From positions 157,728,001 to 157,792,000 of the forward strand of contig CM075977.1 in NCBI GenBank assembly GCA_038087875.1: a DNA stretch of 64,000 nucleotides. The letters run 5' to 3'. The notes beneath the pieces were generated by a model, which searched no databases, was not told the DNA's origin, and was given only the letters and a program-made list of their open reading frames with translations. The DNA is from Malacoraja senta (Eukaryota). Below, piece after piece: positions 1-11,311 of this stretch; position 1 is the stretch's first letter; every line of letters starts with the position of its first letter. A program made the position numbers and the translations under genes.

Positions 1-75
1 TGCGGCAGGGAGGGGGACAGCTTCAGGCGGGAGCGTCTGCGGCCAGGGGAGGGGGACAGCTTCAGGCAGGGCCTA

Positions 76-1075
76 ATGGGGGCTGGTGGGTGGCTGTGTG
101 TGTGGGGGAGGGTGTGTGTGGGTGTGTGTGTGTGTTGTGTGGGGGAGGGGTTGTGTGTGGGGGAGGGTGTGTGTGTGGGGGAGGGGGTGTGTGTAGGGGA
201 GGGGGTGTGTGTGGGGGGAGGGGGTGTGTGTGGGGGAGGGTGTGTGTGTAGGGGAGGGGTGTGTGTAGGGGAGGGTGTTTGTGTGGGGGAGGGGGTGTGT
301 GTGGGAGGAGAGGGTGTGTGTAGGGGAGGGGGTGTGTGTGAGGGAGGGGGTGTATGTGGGGGAGGGGTTGTGTGTGGGGAGGAGGGGATGTGTGGGGGGA
401 GAGGGTGTGTGGGGGAGGTTGGTGATGGGGGAGGGTGTGTGGGGGAGGTGGGTTTGTAGGTGTGTGTGTGTGTGTGTGTGGGAGGGGGAGGGTGGTGTGT
501 GGGGGAGGTGGTGTGTGAGGGAGGGGGGTGTATGGGGAGGGGGTTTGTGGGGAGGGGGTTTGTGGGGAGGGGGTTTGTGGGGGTTGTGGGGTGGGTGGGG
601 TTAGGGGATTGTGGGGGTGAGTGGGGTTAAGGGGGGTAGGGGAGGGTTGTGCGGGCAGGGGAGAGAGTGTGTGGGAGGGGGAGTGGTATGGGTTGTAGGG
701 GGTTGTGTGGGGGAAGTGTGGGGGAGTGTGGGGAGGGGGTTGTGGGGGAGTGGGATGTGGGGGAGGCGGGTGTGTGGCGGAGGGGTCGTGGGGGTGTGTG
801 GGGGGAGTGGGATGGAGGGGGGTGGGGAGGGGGTGTGTGGGGGAGAGGGGGAGGTGTGGGGAGGAGGGGGTGTGTGGGGGGTAGGGGGGTGTGGGGGAGT
901 GGGATGGGGGTGTGGGGGAGGTGGTGTGGGGGTGGAGGGGTGTGGGGGGGTTGGGGGGGTTGGGGGTGTTTGGGGCAGTGGGGGGAGGGGAGGTGTGGGG
1001 GAGGGGGGTGTAGTGGAGGGGGGTGTAGGTGAGGGGGGCAGGGTGTAGGGTAGGGTGTGGGACGGGGGTGTATGG
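76..1075. repeat. G/T-rich low-complexity tract (GGGGAGGGTGTGTGT-like), G-quadruplex prone
   Basis: Direct reading; explains the spurious P/H/T- and G/V/C-rich ORFs. Confidence 0.9.
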
Positions 1076-1188
1076 GCTCACCGGGTTCCCGGCCCCAGCT
1101 CTGACCGCACTCATCAGCTCCAGGACCCGGCTCCGGACTCACTCAACGACTCCTGTCCCCAGCGCCTGTCTCGCTCACAGCCCCCGGC

Positions 1189-1470
1189 CGCAAACACAGC
1201 CAGCCCGCGAACACAGCCAGCCCCCGCCCGCGAACACAGCCAGCCCTCGCCCGCGAACACAGCCAGCCCCCGCCCGCGGAACACAGCCAGCCCCCGCCCG
1301 TGAACACAGCCAGCCCCCGCCCGCGAACACAGCCAGCCCCCGCCCGTGAACACAGCCAGCCCCCGCCCGCGAACACAGCCAGCCCCGCCCGCGAACACAG
1401 CCAGCCCCCGCCCGCGAACACAGCCAGCTCCCGCCAGCAAACACAGCCAGCCCCCGCCCGCGGAACACAG
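1189..1470. repeat. 23-bp minisatellite GCGAACACAGCCAGCCCCCGCCC, about 12 copies
   Basis: Tandem units read directly. Confidence 0.9.
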
Positions 1471-1745
1471 GCCACACTCCACTCCTACAGCTTTATTCTC
1501 GGCTCCGGTGATTGACAGCGGATGACGGAAGTGGCGTCGCCGTCCCGGCGAATAACAGACCAATAACTTTTGTAATATTTCACCGATCGGAACAAAACTT
1601 GGTGCGCTTGGAGCAGAGGAGATCGGTGAGTAAGGTGTTGAAAAATCCTTGCGATATGGGGTATCGTTTTTGCACAAATTTTGCGCAAATTTAAAACAAC
1701 GCATTCCGGAAGAGGACAAGATGACAGTTTTAGTAATGGTATAGA

Positions 1746-2345
1746 AGATAGGTAGATAGGTAGATAGAAGAAGAAGATAGGTAGATAGGTAGAAGAAGAA
1801 GATAGGTAGATAGGTAGAAGAAGGTAGATAGGTAGATAGAAGAAGAAGATAGGTAGATAGGTAGAAGAAGGTAGATAGGTAGATAGATAGAAGAAGAAGA
1901 TAGGTAGATAGGTAGAAGGTAGATAGGTAGAAGAAGGTAGATAGGTAGATAGGTGGTAGATAGGTAGATAGGTAGAAGAAGGTAGAAGAAGGTGGTAGAT
2001 AGGTGGTAGATAGGTGGTAGATAGGTGGTAGATAGGTGGTAGATAGGTGGTAGATAGGTGGATAGGTAGATAGATAGGTATATATGCAGGTGGGTAGATA
2101 GATAGGTAGATAGGTAGGTGGGTAGATAGATAGGAGGTAGATAGATAGGTGGATAATAGGTGCATAGGTAGGAGGTAGATAGGTAGGAAGGTGGGAGGTA
2201 GATAGGTAGGTAGGAGGAAGATAGGAGGTAGATAGGAGGTAGCCAGGGAGATAGGAAGTAGACAGGTAGATAGGAGGTAGACAGGTGGATAGGAGGTAGC
2301 CAGGTAGGTAGGATGTAAGATAGATAGATATAGATATAGATAAAA
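1746..2345. repeat. Compound GATA/GGTA/GAA microsatellite abutting the Helitron 5' end
   Basis: Direct reading; source of the Y/L/S/T-rich ORFs. Confidence 0.9.
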
Positions 2346-2907
2346 GATATTGATAGAAGATATCATGGACAGTGAAATACCATCTAAACATTATCACCAG
2401 TATTGCCATGATATGAATAAAATAATACATTAACTTGTAATCTGTGCAGTGCTTTGTTGTTTGAATCTCATGGGTTTATAGCAAGTATTACCATCTCCGC
2501 TAGTCAATCATGATGTGTTAACAAGAATAAACCAGCGGGATGAATTTGGACCGCTTATTGCATCTGTTCAGTTTTATTCCAAACCATGATCTTTTATATC
2601 ATTTAACTATCAATAGAGACAATGGAAGCAAATTTCAATTGATTGCACCAGATTTCTGAAGTTTGATTTGGGGTTAGCATGATGAGATAAAAGAATGAGA
2701 TGGAGGTCCCAGCATTGAACATTTTCCAGGCTCTTTATATAACAGAACATAAGTATGTGGGATCACCCAATGGTGATAGGGTCTGTCACATATATTTGAT
2801 GTCTTAATGGACAAACAACTTGCCAAACTATATGGTAGGAAAGACAAGATGGGTGTATTAGAGAGATTTAACGTTGCATCGCCACATGTCATAGCAAGAG
2901 CATGGAA

Positions 2908-3000
2908 TTTTAGTTGTAGTATTAGTTTTAGAGATACAGCGATGAAACAGGCCCTTCGGCCACACTGAATCCTTGCCGACCAGCAATTCTACCACTGTGC
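2908..3000 (-). mobile_element. Deleted HE1-like SINE remnant
   Basis: TTTAGAGATACAGCG...AAACAGGCCCTTCGGCC tail as in the full copies. Confidence 0.6.
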
Positions 3001-3232
3001 CAATTCTACAACTCTACCACTGTGCCAATCACAATTTAGTTTAATTTAGTTTAGTTTAGTGATTCTTACAATAAAACAAAACTCCAATCAAAGGAAATAA
3101 AAATTGGCAATGAAAAAGTTACTGTTTCTCTTTCTGCAGATGCTGTTAATTAAATATTATCGATATACCGTAATCAGAAAGAATAAATAAAGAAGTGAAG
3201 TTGAATGGCTTTATCCCAGATAAAATAACAGC

Positions 3233-3350
3233 AGTTCTGGGCACCATTTTATAGGAAAGATATTGTCAAGCTTGAAAGGGTTCAGAAAAGATTTATGAGG
3301 ATGTTGCCAGGACTAGAGGGCGTGAGCTATAGGGAGAGGTTGAGTAGGCA
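3233..3350 (+). mobile_element. CR1/HER1-like LINE fragment
   Basis: GTTCTGGGCACC...AGGAAAGATATTGTCAAGCTTGAAAGG matches the CR1 ORF2 C-terminal region at 48255-48345. Confidence 0.8.
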
Positions 3351-5560
3351 GTGTCTCTTTCCCATTCTGAGAAGTAAGAAGTGTGGCCTCTCCTTCCTTA
3401 ATGAAAATCACCTTCCTTCCATGTAGCCTCTTTGCCATGTCATGCTCACTCCACACATCAAGAAGAAGTTCAATAAGCTTTTTCATGTTCTCATCATTGG
3501 TCAAGAACTGCTTCCAATCTCTTGGTTTTTTGGTCTTTCCTCCTTTGATTATTCTCTTCTCCGCACACCCATGCCGTGTCCGTTCACTTGACTTCACTGA
3601 ATCTGGTTTATACATATCGGTACTGAAGACTACATCATTAGATGACAATGCATTGAAGATTCTGATGCCAATCTCTTTGAAGTTTGCAGGAATCTCTTTG
3701 AGATAGTAGAATGCAGCATTGCCCATCTTCCACTATCAATGTCTTGTTACTGGCAAGGGGTTGTGAGTTGTCTACATCTTTCAATAGGTAGTGTAGGCCC
3801 TTGGATTTATCAGTCTTTGCAAATAAGTTGTCTGATGTACCAATGCAGTAGGGTACAGGGGTCAGAAAGTACTTCATAATCTCCCATAGATTGAGTTGAC
3901 TGCCAGAACTTTGTGCTTTGACCATCAGTTGAAAAGCAATATCTCCTTGTTGCTTGTACTCTATAACCTTTTGTTCAGATGTTTTCAGCTTCACTCTTTT
4001 CTTTGTTTCTGCCATGGTTTTGAGCTTCAGATTCTTGATGGGTTCGGAGAATGCTGTCTTTTTCTCGTCGCTCTCTGATGAACTTCTCTTTCTGTTCTTT
4101 CCCTGTGGTAAGTACCTTTATGACATCTTTCTCAACTTCAGCCGGAACACGTGCACCAGAAGAGAGTACATACAACCCAGTCTTGTCATCTACGTCAAAA
4201 GGATTCAGGAAGCTCTTTACAGCATCAATGGCTTTCTTTATACATGCCTCGCTTTCCCTTACCTCAGTTGGTTGTTGATCTCTGTGTTTGCTTCCGCGAT
4301 TGGTACCAGAAGTCATGTCTGCGAGGCTGAAGTTCGAACCCATCTCTGATAAGCACTGTGATTCTCCAAGATGCCAGAGAGCCCAACACCACTATCACCA
4401 TCTCGAGATTTGCCATGCTTCATGATCGTCTCCTCAATCGTTTTGTCAACAGCACATCGGTTTCCTGGTATGAACGACCTAGCGACACTGATGGCACCTC
4501 TTTCGATGAAAGCCAGGGCACTGGGATATGATTCTTCGATGTTTGCCAAGAACACAGCAAGTTAGGTCAGATAGCGGGAGTAATTGTGACCACCAAAGGT
4601 GAAGAAGAGATCGGGCATTTGAAACAGACAGTGCAATAAACCAGAAAGTTGTTCTCTTTCACAGACCTAATCAATGAGAGAGCAATCCACACAGAATCCA
4701 TGTACGACAACCAAAATTGTGCAGTCTTCCCGAGAGATCCTTTTCGAACATCAGCTTTGAAGTTCTCATACGACTCCATCAATGTGTTGAGATCTGCATT
4801 GGCCATGACTTCAGCAAGTGCCTGCTTTGTTGGCGATCGGATTAGCTCTTAAAAGATGCCCTTTGATTCCTCTGGTATACCGGACAGCACTGCATCTTTT
4901 CCAGCCATAGACAGGCATTCATCAACAAGGAGCCTCTCCAAGCACTTCACCATCTTCTTGTGGCTGTGTAGATGTCTGGCGTAGTTTTTTCCTGTCATAA
5001 CACCTTTCATAGAACCAGTATACATGAGTGCTGATTCCATGAGGACATCCTGAAGTCCGGATCCTTCCATTTTCTTTCCAAGCATTTTAAAGTATGCTCA
5101 AATGACATGAAATGTGCCGATCAACACAATGTGTTTCTTGTACTTTGCAGGATGACTCCACACAAGAGGATATGCCTTCATGCAGACATCCAAGTCGAAT
5201 GTTGTAATAACATATTCTTGGCCACCCTCATGACTTGCTTCTTCAGAAGCTCGTAAACACTCTTGAACTGTACTAAATTTCGTGATGGGATGATTGATCA
5301 CAGGATAGTAGTCAATTGTGGTCACATTTGAAGGCACCTCACCTGTTGCTGAGACAAATCCAGCCCAAGCTGGAAGCTCTTGACCTTTCTCACTACTCGC
5401 TTTCTGGGAAAGCATCCATGCCAGATCGTTTCTTGTACACTGTTTGAATGCTTCATCCCCATCATCACGCTTCCAGTGCTGCACACGAACATCGGGATTT
5501 GCTTTCCGGTTGACATAGGATGATGGAAGAGGGTCACAAGAAAGAGGGCAAAGTGTAAAA
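3351..5560 (-). pseudogene. Decayed Academ transposase with the start of an XPG/PIN-like nuclease domain (7 ORF pieces, about 730 codons)
   Basis: Collinear motifs TFDLDVCMKAY, LIGTFH, GSGLQDVLMES, GKNYARHLHSHK, FWLSY, DKTIEETIMKHGK, AYQRW, NPF, TPVPYCI..KTDKS, LIVEDG, DMY..SVKSSERTRH, WKQFLTNDEN. Confidence 0.75.
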
Positions 5561-5736
5561 AAAACAATTTTGACAGATTGAAATAAGGGGTTAAAAAACA
5601 TAGTCCAAATGAGTTTTTTTCTTGGCAACATCATTTTTCCGACAGAAGAGATACCATTGAACATAACACCCTAGAAGTAGGATCATAGGGGGGTGGGGTG
5701 GGGGGTGCACGGTAGGCCCCTCTGGCCCACGGACTA
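3351..5736 (-). mobile_element. Academ-like (AcademX-type) DNA transposon; internally deleted and 3'-truncated
   Basis: Minus-strand terminus TAGTCCGTGGGCCAGAGG at 5736 (Academ termini start TAG), followed by a frameshifted transposase plus XPG-like coding region. Confidence 0.7.
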
Positions 5737-6162
5737 TTAGCTTGCAGTGTTATTGCCAACCTAAGAGACTTCCTTGGGTTTACATCTTGTACTCACATTC
5801 TGTCCCATTGGTGCATTGAAGTTAAATCCACTAGATTTGTATTGCATGACAAAGCACATTTGTTTCTAAGGTAAGGTAACTTTTCCGAAACAATCTCTCA
5901 CATCCTCACAACTCACACAACCATGTCTATAATACCAAAGTCAATTCTGTATGAGTATCAATATTACTAAAAGTCTGATCTTGATCACTTCCTGTTCTTC
6001 TGTATATTGATTTTACAAAAAACGCTGCCACTTACGGCTGTGATTTTTGGCCATCTTACTCAGAGTCCCACTCCGCTGCACATGACAAGAGGATTTTTCC
6101 CATCGATGAAAAATAAAAGAGGTATTAGTGTTTAGAAAATGTTGAGATACTCTCTCCTGAAG

Positions 6163-6302
6163 GCCATGCCCCTTCCGGAGGGACTATAAAACCGGAAGTG
6201 TTGTGCCTCAGTCAGTCTCTGCAAGATGGGGGGAACGAGAGGGTCACGTTTCTCAGTCTGAGCTGTGAATAACACTGAACACATGTCTACTAAACTGTGA
6301 GT
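6163..6302 (+). promoter_or_regulatory. Helitron-borne Pol II core promoter, first exon and donor (predicted)
   Basis: TATAAAA 6185, CCGGAAGTG 6192, TCAGTCAGT 6208-6216, CAAGATGG, GTGAGT 6297. Confidence 0.5.
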
Positions 6303-6348
6303 GGATTTACTGACCTGTCAGTACCCTTAATGTGGTTTGAAAATGTAG

Positions 6349-6533
6349 TTTGGAAATGCTAAAGCTGTGTTGCGTTTGGTTTGGAAATGCTAAAGCTGTG
6401 TTGCCTTTGGTTTGGAAATGCTAAAGCTGTGTTGCCTTTGGTTTGGAAATGCTAAAGCTGTGTTGCCTTTGATTTGGAAACGCTAAAGCTGTGTTGCCTT
6501 TGGTTTGGAAATGCTAAAGCTGTGTTGCCTTTT
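6349..6533. repeat. 31-bp minisatellite TTGGAAATGCTAAAGCTGTGTTGCCTTTGGT, about 6 copies
   Basis: Direct reading; the same array is inverted at about 17243-17425. Confidence 0.9.
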
Positions 6534-6559
6534 GTTGAGTGATTTCAAGATAATCAGAT

Positions 6560-7311
6560 GCTTCTAATGCGCCCCGGGCCGTCTGTCCCTGCGGCCGGGG
6601 GGTGAATCACCCGGTGTGGGTGTCGGGGGTGAATCACCCCGTGTGTGGGTCAGGTTCCGGGGGTCGGATCGGGGGGGGGGGGAGTGAAACACGCTGGTGT
6701 GGGGGTCGGGGTCCTGGGCGGTGCATCGCGGTCAGTGACTCTGGGTGGGCAGAGGGAGCAGACTGCTGCCTCCACTCTCCCACCCGGCCCCGTGTGTTTG
6801 TGCGCTGATGACCCAGAGCCCCTCACAGTGCGGCCGCACGGGGGAGACGAGGTGGAGGGCCGGCATGGCCAGACAGTGCTGACCCTGGGGGGGGGAGAGT
6901 GGGGGCTTTCCCGAGGGATGCGCTCCTTCGGCCGCTTACACCTTGGTGCTCGGGTTCAGAGCGCCCAGTCATCCTCCAGCCCCGATGGTCTTGTGTGGGA
7001 AAATGATCCCCACCCTCCCGTCTCCCCCGGCCGGTGATGTGATGGACGCGGGGGTCTGGATCAATCGCTGACAAGTCCCGCCCTCCGGCGACGTCATGTC
7101 CGTTATTTGGCTTTTCGGCGTTGCGTCTGTTTGGTGTTGACTTATCGGCATTGTGCCCTTTCGGTTAGTTGGCTTTTAGGCGTCCCGTCCTATCGGTTAT
7201 TTGGCTTTTCGGCGTTGCGTCCGTTTGGTTATTTAGCTTTTCAGCGTTGTACACTTTTGGTTATTTGGCTTTTTGCCGTAGTTTCCGTTCGGTTTCTTGT
7301 CCTTCAACGCC
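6560..7311. mobile_element. One end of a GC-rich non-autonomous DNA transposon with reiterated subterminal repeats (MULE/foldback-like; unclassified)
   Basis: Repeated CGGTTATTTGGCTTTTCGGCGTTGCGTC units at 7100-7300 ending ...CCTTCAACGCC; the other end was not found. Confidence 0.45.
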
Positions 7312-8159
7312 ACGTCTGCACATGTCAACAGACATTGTTGGCTGGTGTGGGCATGTTGGGCCGAAGGGCCTGTTTCCACACTGTATCACTCTATGACTCT
7401 AACAAGAAAACTAAATCAAAACATAATGTTAGAAATGGAAGCAAGCATCTGGGATAAATAAAAAAATAGAAAGTAATCAAACATGGTAATAGCAGTGCAT
7501 TAGAGACCATCTGATAATTAAATGGAAATGAAAGAGGAAATAGGTGTTCTGAGAAAAGGGTATAATATAATAATCACACAATATTATTGGTAAAAGTGGA
7601 AAGAACAAAATAAATATGGGGACTACAGATTTTAGCTCAAAATAGATAAGTTTCCTTGCTTAGGATATTATGAGCTCAAACATGAGTGAGGCTTACTGAA
7701 CTTGTGATGGGAAAAGTTTTGTAAAATAAATTAAGGTATGTTGCTGAATAAGAGACAAAAATAATCACAATTAAATGTTGAAAATGAAGACTGAGGAAGT
7801 CATAAAGAACCTATGTGAGGCAAAGACCAAAGCAATACATGTTGGGAAGGCTAAGGACAAGAGTTGTGGAGTTTTATGAGTGAAATTAGGTAAACTAGAG
7901 AAAAAATATTGATAAATAAAGTGAACCTTGGTGGAAAACTTTAAAAAAAGTGCTCAATAAGTTCATTCGAATTATATTCTACCACAAAACAAAAACATCT
8001 TAGGCCAAAATAATACAAGGCGGGTGAATGACGACATAAGATTAAAACTGAAACTAAGGTTAACAAAGAATACCGGTTTCATTTAAGTCAGTGGACAGGA
8101 AAATAAAAAAGAATGCAAAAGAAGATTAAGAAGGAAGAAATTGACATAGTAAATCAAAG

Positions 8160-9725
8160 AGCAAGTGGCGGATGAATTGAGTAAGTTTTTTGCGTCAGTC
8201 TTCACTGAGGAATACACAAGTAACATGCAAAAAATTCTAGAGAGTTAGGTGCCAGACATTAGTGGAGTTGCTATTAATAAGGAGAAGGTGTTTGCGAAGC
8301 TGAAAGGTCTGAAGGTGGATAAGATACCTGGGCCAGATGGACTGCGCCCCAGGGCTCAGAAAGATGTAACTTTAAGGATTGTGGAGGCATTAGTAGTGAT
8401 CTTTCAAGAATCGCTCGAATCAGGATGGTTTTGCTAAGGGGAGATCTTGCCTGACAAATCTGTTGGAAATCTTTGAGGAAGTAACAAGCAGGATAGACAA
8501 ACGAGAGCCAGTGGCTGTTGCTTACTTGGATTTTCAAAAGGCCTTTGATAAGGTGTCGCACATAAGGCTGCCACACAAGGTGTGGGCCCATTGTATTAGA
8601 AGGAAAATACTAGCATCAGTAAAAGATTGACTGAATGGCAGAGGGCAAAGAGTGGGAATAAAGGGAATTTTTCTGGATGGCTGCCGGTGAATAGTGGTGT
8701 TTAGTTTAGTTTAGTATCGTTTAGAGATACATCGCGGAAACAGGCCCCTCGGCCCACCGAGTCTGCGCCAATCAGTGATCCCCACACATTAACACTATCC
8801 TATACGCACTGGCGACAATTTACACATACACCAAACCAATGAACCTACATACATGTACGTCTTTGGAGTGTGGGAGGAAACCAAAGATCTCGGAGAAAAC
8901 CCATGCAGTCATGGTACAGACTCCGTACAGACAGCACCCGTACTTGGGATCGAATGTGGGTCTCTGGCGCAGCAAGGACTGTAAGGCAGCAACTCTACCA
9001 AGCCACTCTCAACCCTTGCCCTCGCCCTCGCCCAGTGTTCCACGGGGGTAGATGTTGAGTCCGCTACTATTAATGAACTGGATGATGGAATTGCTGATTT
9101 TGTGGCCAAGTTTAAGAATGATACGAAGATAGGTGGAGGGGCAGGTACTGTAGAGGAAGCAGGGATTCTGCAGAAGGACTTGGACAGGTTGGGAGAGTCA
9201 GCAAAGAAATGGCAGATGGAATAAAGTACAGCAAAGTGTGCGGTCATGCGTGCTCTTTGGTAGTAGGAATAAAGGCTTAGACTATTTTCTAAATGGGGGG
9301 AGGATTCAGAAATCAGAGGTGCACAGGGAGAGTGCTTGTTCAGGATTCCCAAAAGGTTAATTTACAGGTTGTGTCGGCAGTAAGGAAGGCAAATGCAATG
9401 TTAACATTCATTTTGAGAGGACTTGAATATAAAAGCAGGGATATAATGCTGAGACTTTATCGTGCACTGGTCAGATTGTATTTGGAGTATTGTGAGCAGT
9501 TTTGGGCACCATATCTGAGGAAGGATGTGCTGCAATTGGAGAAGATCCAGAGGAGGTTTAAGAGAATGATCCCAGGGATGATTGGGTTAACGTATAAGCA
9601 TTTGATGGCTCTCCCGCTGGAATTCAGATTGATGAGAAGGGATTGAAACTTCCCAAATAAACACAAGCCTAAATAAACTGGATGTGGAGAGGATGTTTCC
9701 ACTAATGGGAGAGTCTCGGACCAGA
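8160..9725 (+). mobile_element. Decayed CR1/HER1-like LINE (RT region), interrupted by a SINE
   Basis: Translations LKVDKIPGPDGL, YLDFQKAFDKVSH, LYRALVRLYLEYCEQFWAPYLRKD. Confidence 0.9.
8699..9006 (-). mobile_element. HE1-like tRNA-derived V-SINE
   Basis: (TTTAG)n tail, V-domain CTCCCACACTCCAAAGACGTAC, tRNA-like head with B-box TTCGATCCC on the minus strand. Confidence 0.85.
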
Positions 9726-9869
9726 GACTAACACCTGTCCCTAAACCTCCTCCATTACCCCCACTCAAGGACCTTCCAGGTGAGACAGAGGTACATGTAC
9801 AGATTTATAGGCAACCTTGACAATACTTCCAGCCTTTTTGATGCAATAGCACAAGAGAATATGTAAACA

Positions 9870-10110
9870 TAGTACACTGTAAACAATATAATAAACGGGA
9901 ATTAAAAAAAAAAAAATTGTATGTACACACACACATAACACCAAACACACAATAATAGTGCCAACACCAATGCCTCTGAGTCTGTGAAGTTCAGAACTTA
10001 TTTGGAGGTTGGAATGTTTAATAGCCTGATGGCTGTAGGCGATTAGCTGTTCCTGAAACTGGAAATTACAGTTTTCAGGCTCCTATATCTTCTTCCCGAT
10101 GGCAGGAGTG
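9870..10110 (-). mobile_element. Rex/Babar-like LINE 3' remnant
   Basis: GCCTGATGGCTGTAGG..AGCTGTTCCTGAA..TTCAGGCTCCTATATCTTCTTCCCGATGGCAG resembles the reverse of 27950-28050 (LPSGRR region). Confidence 0.55.
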
Positions 10111-10579
10111 CAGCATCTTGTTTTACCACTCTTGTTATGTTTCTTTGCAGCACAGTCTCTGTAATTGTTCATTGTTGCCATCCTGCCTCTTCCTGTTGTT
10201 TTCTGACTTTTTTGTTTTGGTTAGCACCTCAGATGGGGGTTTCACTGACAGCGGCAGTTTTAGTGAAGGATCTCAGGTCTCAGAAAAGGTTCCTGGAACA
10301 TTTCTCCAACTACTTTCGGAAGCTGGTTTTATTTGCAGCCATCAGCTCGTGCTAATGTTTTAGGTTAGAATGTGTATGGCAATTTACTTTCTGCACTCTT
10401 ATGACAAAGAACATTGTTCATTGGCAGCACATATCAACATTTCAGCCAAGCGCTGTTCAGGATTTTACAACCATTTAAATAATTTGTTGTTCGAAGACTG
10501 TTCAGCAGTTGTAGTAATTGTAAGCAAACACTCGCAGCTGGCAAGCTTTGCTAAAGGAAGCTGAAATTTGGACAATTAC

Positions 10580-10898
10580 GTTAGAGTTTAGTTTACTTTC
10601 GAGATACAGCATGGAAACAGGCCCTTCAGCCCTCTGAGTCCACATCGATCATCCATACATTATTTCTATCCTACTCAGTAGGAACAATTAACAGAAACCA
10701 ATTAACCTACAAACCTGCATGTCTTTGGGATGTGGGAGGAAATCGGAGCACCAGGCGGTGAAACCCACACGAGAAATCCCATGCGGTCACAGGGAGAATG
10801 TAAAAGCTCCATACGGACAGCACCAGTAGATTGGATCAAACCCAGCTCTCTGATGCTGTAAAGTAGCAACTCTACTGCTGCACCACTGGGCTGCCCTT
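10580..10898 (-). mobile_element. HE1-like SINE
   Basis: Same tail, V-domain and head as the other copies. Confidence 0.85.
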
Positions 10899-11311
10899 CT
10901 CTACTGCTGCACCACTGGGCTGCCCTTCTCTACTGCTGCACCACTGGGTTGCCCTTCTCTACTGCTGCACCACTGGGCTGCCCTTCTCTACTGCTGCACC
11001 ACTGGGCTGCCCTTCTCTACTGTTGCACCACTGGGCTGCCCTTCTCTACTGCTGCACCACTGGGCTGCCCTTCTCTACTGCTGCACCACTGGGCTGCCCT
11101 TCTCTACTGCTGCACCACTGGGCTGCCCTTCTCTACTGTTGCACCACTGGGCTGCCCTTCTCTACTGCTGCACCACTGGGCTGCCCTTCTCTACTGCTGC
11201 ACCACTGGGCTGCCCTCCTCTACTGCTGCACCACTGGGCTGCCCTTCTCTACTGCTGCACCACTGTGCTGCCCTTCTCTACTGCTGCACCACTGGGCTTC
11301 CCCTTCTCTAC
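10870..11311. repeat. 29-bp minisatellite CTCTACTGCTGCACCACTGGGCTGCCCTT, about 15 copies, derived from the SINE 5' head
   Basis: The first unit is the SINE 5' end; units are nearly identical. Confidence 0.92.

Larger units (their letters stand above)
1..1745 (-). mobile_element. Non-autonomous Helitron (divergent subfamily); 5' end in window, 3' end upstream of window
   Basis: Minus strand begins TCTATACCATTACTAAAACTGTCATCTTG at 1745, homologous to the TCTATATTACTAAAAGTCTGATCTTG 5' end of the complete copy at 59891; 1561-1610 (AATAACTTT...CCGATCGGAACAAAACTTGGTGC) matches 16309-16352. Confidence 0.7.
5958..6533 (+). mobile_element. Non-autonomous Helitron family A; 5' module only, 3' end missing
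   Basis: A|TCAATATTACTAAAAGTCTGATCTTG at 5958; about 390 bp nearly identical to 59891-60285. Confidence 0.85.

Noticed and set aside
62-2430. Long ORFs (350, 438 and 293 aa) rich in P/H/T or Y/L/S/T
   Set aside because: Translations of low-complexity and microsatellite DNA
10870-11311. CRISPR-like array
   Set aside because: Head-to-tail units with no unique spacers; eukaryotic context
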